Counted from the first letter of the stretch, positions 1 through 11,200 are shown. The stretch is 64,000 bases of DNA from the human T2T-CHM13v2.0 reference genome, Homo sapiens (GCF_009914755.1 NC_060930.1), one strand, 5' to 3'. The notes: a model not told the origin generated them from the sequence alone. Numbers and translations are program-made.

Positions 1-107
1 TTTGGTTGTGTGCATTCAAGTCACAGAGTGGAACCTTCCTTTGGATAGAGCAGTTTGAAACGCCGTGGTTGTAGTATTTCCAAGCGGATATTAGAGCGCC
101 TTGAGGC

Positions 108-124
108 CTATGGTAGAAAAGGAA
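108..124 (+). promoter_or_regulatory. A-type monomer box (pJalpha-like), representative copy
   Basis: CTATGGTAGAAAAGGAA sits at the monomer position homologous to the CENP-B box. Related motifs occur in the 9 box-less monomers of each 18-mer. Confidence 0.7.
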
Positions 125-278
125 ATATCTTCCCATAAAACCTAGACGGAAGCAATCTCAGAAACTACTGTGTGATGGCTGCATTCCACACACACGGTGG
201 AACATTTCTCTTGATAGAGCAGTTTTGAAACACTCTTTCTGTAGAATCTGCAAGTGGATAATTGGACCGCCTTGAGGC

Positions 279-295
279 CTTCGTTGGAAACGGGA
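279..295 (+). promoter_or_regulatory. CENP-B box (intact; present in 18-mers only)
   Basis: CTTCGTTGGAAACGGGA, exact canonical 17-mer. Confidence 0.96.
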
Positions 296-447
296 TTTCT
301 TCATGTTACTCTAGATAGAAGAATTCTCAAACACTGCTATGTGATGTTTGCATTCAAGTCACAGAGTGCAACATTCCTCTTGGTAGAGCAGTTGGGAAAC
401 ACTCCTTTTGTAGAATCTGCAATGGGATATTTGGACTTCTTTGAGGC

Positions 448-464
448 CTTCGTTGGAAACGGGA
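448..464 (+). promoter_or_regulatory. CENP-B box (intact; present in 18-mers only; monomer adjacent to the previous box)
   Basis: CTTCGTTGGAAACGGGA, 169 bp after the box at 279. Confidence 0.96.
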
Positions 465-787
465 TTTCTTCGTATGAATCTAGACAGAAGAATTCTCAGA
501 AACTTCCTTGTGATGTGTGCATTCAACTCAGCGAGTGGCACCTTCCTTTGGATACAGCAGTTTTGAAACACTGTTTTTGTAGTATTTCCAAGCGGATATT
601 TAGAGCGCCTTGAAGCCTATGCTAGAAATGGAAATATCTCCCCATAAAACCAAGACAGAAGCAATCTCAGAAACTAATGTGTGATGGCTGCATTCCACAC
701 ACACGGTGGACCATTTCTCTTGATAGAGCAGTTTTGAAACACTCTTTCTGTAGAATCTGCAAGTGGATAATTGGACCTCCTAGAGGC

Positions 788-804
788 CTTCGTTGGAAAC
801 GGGA
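788..804 (+). promoter_or_regulatory. CENP-B box (intact; repeated in every unit)
   Basis: CTTCGTTGGAAACGGGA. Confidence 0.96.
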
Positions 805-1126
805 TTTCTTCATCTAAACCTACAGAGAAGAATTCTCAGTAACTTCTTCGGATGTGTGCATTCGACGCACAGAATGGAACATTCCCTTTGATAGAGCAGT
901 TTTGAGACACCGTTTTTGTAGAATTCCCAAGTGGATATTTAGAGCACTTTGAAGTCTCTGCTAGAAAAGGAAACATCTTCATGTAAAAAGTAGATAGAAT
1001 CGTTCTCAGAAAGTGCTTAGTGACGTGTGCGTTCAACTCACAGAGTTTAACGTTTCTTTTGATAGAGCGTTTCTGAAACACCCTTCTTGTAGTAGCTGCA
1101 AGTGGATATTTGGACCTATTGGAGGC

Positions 1127-1143
1127 CTTCTTTGGAAATGGGA
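1127..1143 (+). promoter_or_regulatory. Degenerate CENP-B box (predicted non-binding; polymorphic between units)
   Basis: CTTCTTTGGAAATGGGA here, with both CpGs lost. CTTCTTTGGAAACGGGA in deletion-linked units (e.g. 3678-3694). Both fail the TTCG of the NTTCGNNNNANNCGGGN core. Confidence 0.85.
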
Positions 1144-1636
1144 TTTCTTCATGTAACTCTAGATTGAAGAGTTCTCAGAAACTCCTTTGTGATGTGTGCA
1201 TTCAATTCAAAGAGTGAAACCTCCCTTTTCACAGAGCAGTTTTGAAACACTGTTTTTGTAGGATTTCCAAGGGGATATTTATAGCGCATTGAGCCTACGG
1301 CGGAAAAAGAAACATCTTCCTATAAAAACTAGACAGAATACTTCTCAGAATCTGCTTTGCGATGTGTGCGTTCAACTCACAGAGTAAAACTTTTCTTTTG
1401 ATAGAGCAGTTTTGAAACACTCTTTTTGTAGTATTTGCATGTGTATATTTAGAGCGCATTGAAGCCCACAGTAGAAAAGGAAATAACTTCACCTAAAACC
1501 TAGACAGAAGCAATCTCAGAAACTACTTTGTGATGTGTACATTCAACTCACAGAGTGGAACTTTCCTCTTTATAGAGCAGTGTTGAAACACTCTTTTTGT
1601 AGAAACTGCAAGTGGATATTTGGACCTCTTTGAGGC

Positions 1637-1653
1637 CTTCGTTGGAAACGGGA
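1637..1653 (+). promoter_or_regulatory. CENP-B box (intact; repeated in every unit)
   Basis: CTTCGTTGGAAACGGGA. Confidence 0.96.
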
Positions 1654-1976
1654 TTTCTTCCTATAACCCTAGACAGAAGAATTTTCAGAAACCTCATTGT
1701 GATGTGTGCGTTCATCTCACAGAGTGGAGTCTTCCGTTTGATAGAGAAGTTTTGAAACCCTGTTCTTGTAGGATTTCCAAGTGGATATTTAGACCACTTT
1801 GAAGCCTATGATAGAAAAGGAAACATCTTCATGGAAAACATAGATAGAATCATCCTCAGAAACAACTTTGTGATGTGTGCGTTGAACTCACCGTCTTTAA
1901 CCTTTCTTTTGGTAGAGAAGTTTTGAAACACTCTCTTTGTAAAGTCTACAAGTGGATATTTTGAGCCCTTGGAGGC

Positions 1977-1993
1977 ATTCTTTGGAAAAGGGA
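1977..1993 (+). promoter_or_regulatory. Degenerate CENP-B box (predicted non-binding)
   Basis: ATTCTTTGGAAAAGGGA at the box position; both CpGs lost. Confidence 0.82.
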
Positions 1994-2318
1994 ATGTCTT
2001 CACATAAAAGGCAGACGGAAGTGTTCTCAGAAACTGCTTTGTGATGTCTGTGTTCAACTCACAGAGTTTAACATTTCCTTTGATAGAGCGGTTTAGTAAC
2101 CCTCTCTTTGTAGAATTTGGAAGTGTATACTAAGAGCGCTTTGAGGCCTATGGTAGAAAAGGAAATATCTTTCCATAAAAGCTAGACAGAAGCAATCTCA
2201 GAAACTCCTTTGCGATGTCTGCATTCAACTCACCGAGTGGAACATTCCTCTTGAGAGAGCAGTTTGGAAACACTCTTTCTGTAGAATCAGCTTGTTTGTA
2301 TTTGGACCTCCTTGAGGC

Positions 2319-2335
2319 CTTCGTTGGAAACGGGT
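2319..2335 (+). promoter_or_regulatory. CENP-B box (core intact, last base T)
   Basis: CTTCGTTGGAAACGGGT fits NTTCGNNNNANNCGGGN. Confidence 0.9.
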
Positions 2336-2658
2336 TTTCATCTTATAAACCCAGACAGAAGAATTCTCAGAGTCTTCTTTGTGATGTGTGCTTTCAACTC
2401 ACCGAGATAAAGATTTCTCTTGATAGAGCAATTTGGAAACACTCTTTTTGTAGAATTTGCAAGGGTACATTGAGAGCGCTTTCAGGCCTATGGTAGAAAA
2501 GGGAATATCTTTCCATAAAAGGTAGACAGAAGCAATCTCAGAAACTACTTTGTGATGTGTGCATTCAACTCACCGAGTGCAACGTTCCTCTTGACCGAGC
2601 AGTTTGGAAACATTGTTTCTGTAGAATCTGCAAGTGGATATTTGGACCTCTTTGAGGC

Positions 2659-2675
2659 CTTCGTTGGAAACGGGA
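2659..2675 (+). promoter_or_regulatory. CENP-B box (intact; repeated in every unit)
   Basis: CTTCGTTGGAAACGGGA. Confidence 0.96.
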
Positions 2676-2747
2676 TTTCTTCCTATAAACCCAGACAGAA
2701 GAATTCTCAGAGACTTCTTTGTGATGTGTGAATTCAACTCACAGTGT

Positions 2748-5298
2748 GGATCCTTCCTTTTGATAGAGCAGTTTTGAAACCCTGTTTTTGTAGTATTTCC
2801 AAGCGGATATTTGGAACGCCTTGAAGCGTATGGTAGAAAAGGAAATATCTTCCCATAAAACCTAGACAGAACCAATCTCAGAAACGACTTTGTGATGTCT
2901 GCATTCAAGTCACAGAGTTGAACATTTCTCTTGATAGAGCAGTTTTGAAACCCTCTTTCTGAAGGATCTGCAAGTGGATATTTGGAACTCCTTTGGGTCT
3001 TCGTTGGAAACGGGATTTCTTCGTATAAATCTAGACAGAAGAATTCTCAGAAACTTCCTTGTGATGTGTGCATTCAACTCAGCGAGTGGCACCTTCCTTT
3101 GGATACAGCAGTTTTGAAACACTGTTTTTGTAGTATTTCCAAGCGGATATTTAGAGCGCCTTGAAGCCTATGCTAGAAATGGAAATATCTCCCCATAAAA
3201 CCAAGACGGAAGCAATCTCAGAAACTAATGTGTGATGGCTGCATTCCACACACACGGTGGACCATTTCTCTTGATAGAGCAGTTTTGAAACACTCTTTCT
3301 GTAGAATCTGCAAGTGGATAATTGGACCTCCGAGAGGCCTTCGTTGGAAACGGGATTTCTTCATCTAAACCTACAGAGAAGTATTCTCAGTAACTTCTTC
3401 GGATGTGTGCATTCGACGCACAGAATGGAACATTCCCTTTGATAGAGCAGTTTTGAGACACCGTTTTTGTAGAATTCCCAAGTGGATATTTAGAGCACTT
3501 TGAAGTCTCTGCTAGAAAAGGAAACATCATCATGTAAAAAGTAGATAGAATCGTTCTCAGAAAGTGCTTAGTGTCGTGTGCGTTCAACTCACAGAGTTTA
3601 ACGTTTCTTTTGATAGAGCGTTTCTGAAACACCCTTCTTGTAGTAGCTGCAAGTGGATATTTGGACCTATTGGAGGCCTTCTTTGGAAACGGGATTTCTT
3701 CATGTAACTCTAGATTGAAGAATTCTCAGAAACTCCTTTGTGATGTGTGCATTCAATTCAAAGAGTGAAACCTCTCTTTTCACAGAGCAGTTTTGAAACA
3801 CTGTTTTTGTAGGATTTCCAAGGGGATATTTATAGCGCATTGAGCCTACGGCGGAAAAAGAAACATCTTCCTATAAAAACTAGACAGAATACTTCTCAGA
3901 ATCTGCTTTGCGATGTGTGCGTTCAACTCACAGAGTAAAACTTTTCTTTTGATAGAGCAGTTTTGAAACACTCTTTTTGTAGTATTTGCATGTGTATATT
4001 TAGAGCGCATTGAAGCCCACAGTAGAAAAGGAAATAACTTCACCTAAAACCTAGACAGAAGCAATCTCAGAAACTACTTTGTGATGTGTACATTCAACTC
4101 ACAGAGTGGAACTTTCCTCTTTATAGAGCAGTGTTGAAACACTCTTTTTGTAGAAACTGCAAGTGGATATTTGGACCTCTTTGAGGCCTTCGTTGGAAAC
4201 GGGATTTCTTCCTATAACCCTAGACAGAAGAATTTTCAGAAACCTCATTGTGATGTGTGCGTTCATCTCACAGAGTGGAGTCTTCCGTTTGATAGAGAAG
4301 TTTTGAAACCCTGTTCTTGTAGGATTTCCAAGTGGATATTTAGACCACTTTGAAGCCTATGATAGAAAAGGAAACATCTTCATGGAAAACATAGATAGAA
4401 TCATCCTCAGAAACAACTTTGTGATGTGTGCGTTGAACTCACCGTCTTTAACCTTTCTTTTGGTAGAGAAGTTTTGAAACACTCTCTTTGTAAAGTCTAC
4501 AAGTGGATATTTTGAGCCCTTGGAGGCATTCTTTGGAAAAGGGAATGTCTTCACATAAAAGGCAGACGGAAGTGTTCTCAGAAACTGCTTTGTGATGTCT
4601 GTGTTCAACTCACAGAGTTTAACATTTCCTTTGATAGAGCGGTTTAGTAACCCTCTCTTTGTAGAATTTGGAAGTGTATACTAAGAGCGCTTTGAGGCCT
4701 ATGGTAGAAAAGGAAATATCTTTCCATAAAAGCTAGACAGAAGCAATCTCAGAAACTCCTTTGCGATGTCTGCATTCAACTCACCGAGTGGAACATTCCT
4801 CTTGAGAGAGCAGTTTGGAAACACTCTTTCTGTAGAATCAGCTTGTTTGTATTTGGACCTCCTTGAGGCCTTCGTTGGAAACGGGTTTTCATCTTATAAA
4901 CCCAGACAGAAGAATTCTCAGAGTCTTCTTTGTGATGTGTGCTTTCAACTCACCGAGATAAAGATTTCTCTTGATAGAGCAATTTGGAAACACTCTTTTT
5001 GTAGAATTTGCAAGGGTACATTGAGAGCGCTTTCAGGCCTATGGTAGAAAAGGGAATATCTTTCCATAAAAGGTAGACAGAAGCAATCTCAGAAACTACT
5101 TTGTGATGTGTGCATTCAACTCACCGAGTGCAACGTTCCTCTTGACCGAGCAGTTTGGAAACATTGTTTCTGTAGAATCTGCAAGTGGATATTTGGACCT
5201 CTTTGAGGCCTTCGTTGGAAACGGGATTTCTTCCTATAAACCCAGACAGAAGAATTCTCAGAGACTTCTTTGTGATGTGTGAATTCAACTCACAGTGT
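2748..5298 (+). repeat. 15-mer HOR variant #1 (2551 bp)
   Basis: BamHI-to-BamHI distance 2551; junction at 3028-3048. Confidence 0.95.
2999..3015 (+). promoter_or_regulatory. CENP-B box (intact; just upstream of the 15-mer deletion junction)
   Basis: CTTCGTTGGAAACGGGA. Confidence 0.96.
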
Positions 5299-8200
5299 GG
5301 ATCCTTCCTTTTGATAGAGCAGTTTTGAAACCCTGTTTTTGTAGTATTTCCAAGCGGATATTCGGAACGCCTTGAAGCGTATGGTAGAAAAGGAAATATC
5401 TTCCCATAAAACCTAGACAGAACCAATCTCAGAAACGACTTTGTGATGTCTGCATTCAAGTCACAGAGTTGAACATTTCTCTTGATAGAGCAGTTTTGAA
5501 ACCCTCTTTCTGAAGGATCTGCAAGTGGATATTTGGAACTCCTTTGGGTCTTCGTTGGAAACGGGATTTCTTCGTATAAATCTAGACAGAAGAATTCTCC
5601 GAAACTTCTTTGGTTGTGTGCATTCAAGTCACAGAGTGGAACCTTCCTTTGGATAGAGCAGTTTGAAACGCCGTGGTTGTAGTATTTCCAAGCGGATATT
5701 AGAGCGCCTTGAGGCCTATGGTAGAAAAGGAAATATCTTCCCATAAAACCTAGACGGAAGCAATCTCAGAAACTACTGTGTGATGGCTGCATTCCACACA
5801 CACGGTGGAACATTTCTCTTGATAGAGCAGTTTTGAAACACTCTTTCTGTAGAATCTGCAAGTGGATAATTGGACCGCCTTGAGGCCTTCGTTGGAAACG
5901 GGATTTCTTCATGTTACTCTAGATAGAAGAATTCTCAAACACTGCTATGTGATGTTTGCATTCAAGTCACAGAGTGCAACATTCCTCTTGGTAGAGCAGT
6001 TGGGAAACACTCCTTTTGTAGAATCTGCAATGGGATATTTGGACTTCTTTGAGGCCTTCGTTGGAAACGGGATTTCTTCGTATGAATCTAGACAGAAGAA
6101 TTCTCAGAAACTTCCTTGTGATGTGTGCATTCAACTCAGCGAGTGGCACCTTCCTTTGGATACAGCAGTTTTGAAACACTGTTTTTGTAGTATTTCCAAG
6201 CGGATATTTAGAGCGCCTTGAAGCCTATGCTAGAAATGGAAATATCTCCCCATAAAACCAAGACAGAAGCAATCTCAGAAACTAATGTGTGATGGCTGCA
6301 TTCCACACACACGGTGGACCATTTCTCTTGATAGAGCAGTTTTGAAACACTCTTTCTGTAGAATCTGCAAGTGGATAATTGGACCTCCTAGAGGCCTTCG
6401 TTGGAAACGGGATTTCTTCATCTAAACCTACAGAGAAGAATTCTCAGTAACTTCTTCGGATGTGTGCATTCGACGCACAGAATGGAACATTCCCTTTGAT
6501 AGAGCAGTTTTGAGACACCGTTTTTGTAGAATTCCCAAGTGGATATTTAGAGCACTTTGAAGTCTCTGCTAGAAAAGGAAACATCTTCATGTAAAAAGTA
6601 GATAGAATCGTTCTCAGAAAGTGCTTAGTGACGTGTGCGTTCAACTCACAGAGTTTAACGTTTCTTTTGATAGAGCGTTTCTGAAACACCCTTCTTGTAG
6701 TAGCTGCAAGTGGATATTTGGACCTATTGGAGGCCTTCTTTGGAAATGGGATTTCTTCATGTAACTCTAGATTGAAGAGTTCTCAGAAACTCCTTTGTGA
6801 TGTGTGCATTCAATTCAAAGAGTGAAACCTCCCTTTTCACAGAGCAGTTTTGAAACACTGTTTTTGTAGGATTTCCAAGGGGATATTTATAGCGCATTGA
6901 GCCTACGGCGGAAAAAGAAACATCTTCCTATAAAAACTAGACAGAATACTTCTCAGAATCTGCTTTGCGATGTGTGCGTTCAACTCACAGAGTAAAACTT
7001 TTCTTTTGATAGAGCAGTTTTGAAACACTCTTTTTGTAGTATTTGCATGTGTATATTTAGAGCGCATTGAAGCCCACAGTAGAAAAGGAAATAACTTCAC
7101 CTAAAACCTAGACAGAAGCAATCTCAGAAACTACTTTGTGATGTGTACATTCAACTCACAGAGTGGAACTTTCCTCTTTATAGAGCAGTGTTGAAACACT
7201 CTTTTTGTAGAAACTGCAAGTGGATATTTGGACCTCTTTGAGGCCTTCGTTGGAAACGGGATTTCTTCCTATAACCCTAGACAGAAGAATTTTCAGAAAC
7301 CTCATTGTGATGTGTGCGTTCATCTCACAGAGTGGAGTCTTCCGTTTGATAGAGAAGTTTTGAAACCCTGTTCTTGTAGGATTTCCAAGTGGATATTTAG
7401 ACCACTTTGAAGCCTATGATAGAAAAGGAAACATCTTCATGGAAAACATAGATAGAATCATCCTCAGAAACAACTTTGTGATGTGTGCGTTGAACTCACC
7501 GTCTTTAACCTTTCTTTTGGTAGAGAAGTTTTGAAACACTCTCTTTGTAAAGTCTACAAGTGGATATTTTGAGCCCTTGGAGGCATTCTTTGGAAAAGGG
7601 AATGTCTTCACATAAAAGGCAGACGGAAGTGTTCTCAGAAACTGCTTTGTGATGTCTGTGTTCAACTCACAGAGTTTAACATTTCCTTTGATAGAGCGGT
7701 TTAGTAACCCTCTCTTTGTAGAATTTGGAAGTGTATACTAAGAGCGCTTTGAGGCCTATGGTAGAAAAGGAAATATCTTTCCATAAAAGCTAGACAGAAG
7801 CAATCTCAGAAACTCCTTTGCGATGTCTGCATTCAACTCACCGAGTGGAACATTCCTCTTGAGAGAGCAGTTTGGAAACACTCTTTCTGTAGAATCAGCT
7901 TGTTTGTATTTGGACCTCCTTGAGGCCTTCGTTGGAAACGGGTTTTCATCTTATAAACCCAGACAGAAGAATTCTCAGAGTCTTCTTTGTGATGTGTGCT
8001 TTCAACTCACCGAGATAAAGATTTCTCTTGATAGAGCAATTTGGAAACACTCTTTTTGTAGAATTTGCAAGGGTACATTGAGAGCGCTTTCAGGCCTATG
8101 GTAGAAAAGGGAATATCTTTCCATAAAAGGTAGACAGAAGCAATCTCAGAAACTACTTTGTGATGTGTGCATTCAACTCACCGAGTGCAACGTTCCTCTT

Positions 8201-11200
8201 GACCGAGCAGTTTGGAAACATTGTTTCTGTAGAATCTGCAAGTGGATATTTGGACCTCTTTGAGGCCTTCGTTGGAAACGGGATTTCTTCCTATAAACCC
8301 AGACAGAAGAATTCTCAGAGACTTCTTTGTGATGTGTGAATTCAACTCACAGTGTGGATCCTTCCTTTTGATAGAGCAGTTTTGAAACCCTGTTTTTGTA
8401 GTATTTCCAAGCGGATATTTGGAACGCCTTGAAGCGTATGGTAGAAAAGGAAATATCTTCCCATAAAACCTAGACAGAACCAATCTCAGAAACGACTTTG
8501 TGATGTCTGCATTCAAGTCACAGAGTTGAACATTTCTCTTGATAGAGCAGTTTTGAAACCCTCTTTCTGAAGGATCTGCAAGTGGATATTTGGAACTCCT
8601 TTGGGTCTTCGTTGGAAACGGGATTTCTTCGTATAAATCTAGACAGAAGAATTCTCCGAAACTTCTTTGGTTGTGTGCATTCAAGTCACAGAGTGGAACC
8701 TTCCTTTGGATAGAGCAGTTTGAAACGCCGTGGTTGTAGTATTTCCAAGCGGATATTAGAGCGCCTTGAGGCCTATGGTAGAAAAGGAAATATCTTCCCA
8801 TAAAACCTAGACGGAAGCAATCTCAGAAACTACTGTGTGATGGCTGCATTCCACACACACGGTGGAACATTTCTCTTGATAGAGCAGTTTTGAAACACTC
8901 TTTCTGTAGAATCTGCAAGTGGATAATTGGACCGCCTTGAGGCCTTCGTTGGAAACGGGATTTCTTCATGTTACTCTAGATAGAAGAATTCTCAAACACT
9001 GCTATGTGATGTTTGCATTCAAGTCACAGAGTGCAACATTCCTCTTGGTAGAGCAGTTGGGAAACACTCCTTTTGTAGAATCTGCAATGGGATATTTGGA
9101 CTTCTTTGAGGCCTTCGTTGGAAACGGGATTTCTTCGTATGAATCTAGACAGAAGAATTCTCAGAAACTTCCTTGTGATGTGTGCATTCAACTCAGCGAG
9201 TGGCACCTTCCTTTGGATACAGCAGTTTTGAAACACTGTTTTTGTAGTATTTCCAAGCGGATATTTAGAGCGCCTTGAAGCCTATGCTAGAAATGGAAAT
9301 ATCTCCCCATAAAACCAAGACAGAAGCAATCTCAGAAACTAATGTGTGATGGCTGCATTCCACACACACGGTGGACCATTTCTCTTGATAGAGCAGTTTT
9401 GAAACACTCTTTCTGTAGAATCTGCAAGTGGATAATTGGACCTCCTAGAGGCCTTCGTTGGAAACGGGATTTCTTCATCTAAACCTACAGAGAAGAATTC
9501 TCAGTAACTTCTTCGGATGTGTGCATTCGACGCACAGAATGGAACATTCCCTTTGATAGAGCAGTTTTGAGACACCGTTTTTGTAGAATTCCCAAGTGGA
9601 TATTTAGAGCACTTTGAAGTCTCTGCTAGAAAAGGAAACATCTTCATGTAAAAAGTAGATAGAATCGTTCTCAGAAAGTGCTTAGTGACGTGTGCGTTCA
9701 ACTCACAGAGTTTAACGTTTCTTTTGATAGAGCGTTTCTGAAACACCCTTCTTGTAGTAGCTGCAAGTGGATATTTGGACCTATTGGAGGCCTTCTTTGG
9801 AAATGGGATTTCTTCATGTAACTCTAGATTGAAGAGTTCTCAGAAACTCCTTTGTGATGTGTGCATTCAATTCAAAGAGTGAAACCTCCCTTTTCACAGA
9901 GCAGTTTTGAAACACTGTTTTTGTAGGATTTCCAAGGGGATATTTATAGCGCATTGAGCCTACGGCGGAAAAAGAAACATCTTCCTATAAAAACTAGACA
10001 GAATACTTCTCAGAATCTGCTTTGCGATGTGTGCGTTCAACTCACAGAGTAAAACTTTTCTTTTGATAGAGCAGTTTTGAAACACTCTTTTTGTAGTATT
10101 TGCATGTGTATATTTAGAGCGCATTGAAGCCCACAGTAGAAAAGGAAATAACTTCACCTAAAACCTAGACAGAAGCAATCTCAGAAACTACTTTGTGATG
10201 TGTACATTCAACTCACAGAGTGGAACTTTCCTCTTTATAGAGCAGTGTTGAAACACTCTTTTTGTAGAAACTGCAAGTGGATATTTGGACCTCTTTGAGG
10301 CCTTCGTTGGAAACGGGATTTCTTCCTATAACCCTAGACAGAAGAATTTTCAGAAACCTCATTGTGATGTGTGCGTTCATCTCACAGAGTGGAGTCTTCC
10401 GTTTGATAGAGAAGTTTTGAAACCCTGTTCTTGTAGGATTTCCAAGTGGATATTTAGACCACTTTGAAGCCTATGATAGAAAAGGAAACATCTTCATGGA
10501 AAACATAGATAGAATCATCCTCAGAAACAACTTTGTGATGTGTGCGTTGAACTCACCGTCTTTAACCTTTCTTTTGGTAGAGAAGTTTTGAAACACTCTC
10601 TTTGTAAAGTCTACAAGTGGATATTTTGAGCCCTTGGAGGCATTCTTTGGAAAAGGGAATGTCTTCACATAAAAGGCAGACGGAAGTGTTCTCAGAAACT
10701 GCTTTGTGATGTCTGTGTTCAACTCACAGAGTTTAACATTTCCTTTGATAGAGCGGTTTAGTAACCCTCTCTTTGTAGAATTTGGAAGTGTATACTAAGA
10801 GCGCTTTGAGGCCTATGGTAGAAAAGGAAATATCTTTCCATAAAAGCTAGACAGAAGCAATCTCAGAAACTCCTCTGTGATGTCTGCATTCAACTCACCG
10901 AGTGGAACATTCCTCTTGATAGAGCAGTTTGGAAACACTCTTTCTGTAGAATCAGCTTGTTTGTATTTGGACCTCCTTGAGGCCTTCGTTGGAAACGGGT
11001 TTTCATCTTATAAACCCAGACAGAAGAATTCTCAGAGTCTTCTTTGTGATGTGTGCTTTCAACTCACCGAGATAAAGATTTCTCTTGATAGAGCAATTTG
11101 GAAACACTCTTTTTGTAGAATTTGCAAGGGTACATTGAGAGCGCTTTCAGGCCTATGGTAGAAAAGGGAATATCTTTCCATAAAAGGTAGACAGAAGCAA

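Larger units (their letters stand above)
1..2747 (+). repeat. Partial 18-mer HOR unit (contains the 3-monomer block absent from 15-mers)
   Basis: Position 1 (tttggttgtgtg) corresponds to 5609 in the next full unit. Ends before the first BamHI site at 2748. Confidence 0.93.

Noticed and set aside
187-195. Short CA run (cacacacac)
   Set aside because: Only about four units, invariant across copies, and part of a monomer variant rather than a microsatellite.
279-3015. Regularly spaced conserved 17-30 bp motif resembling CRISPR direct repeats
   Set aside because: The motif is the CENP-B box. The intervening sequences are homologous monomers rather than unique spacers, and no cas genes are present.
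5121-5744. 207 aa minus-strand ORF recurring in every 18-mer, and the other 60-119 aa ORFs
   Set aside because: These are translations of alpha satellite. Peptide motifs (FQNCSIKR, EAFVGNG) recur at monomer spacing, ORFs overlap on both strands, many start at non-ATG codons, and there is no domain or gene structure. Their conservation only reflects HOR identity.
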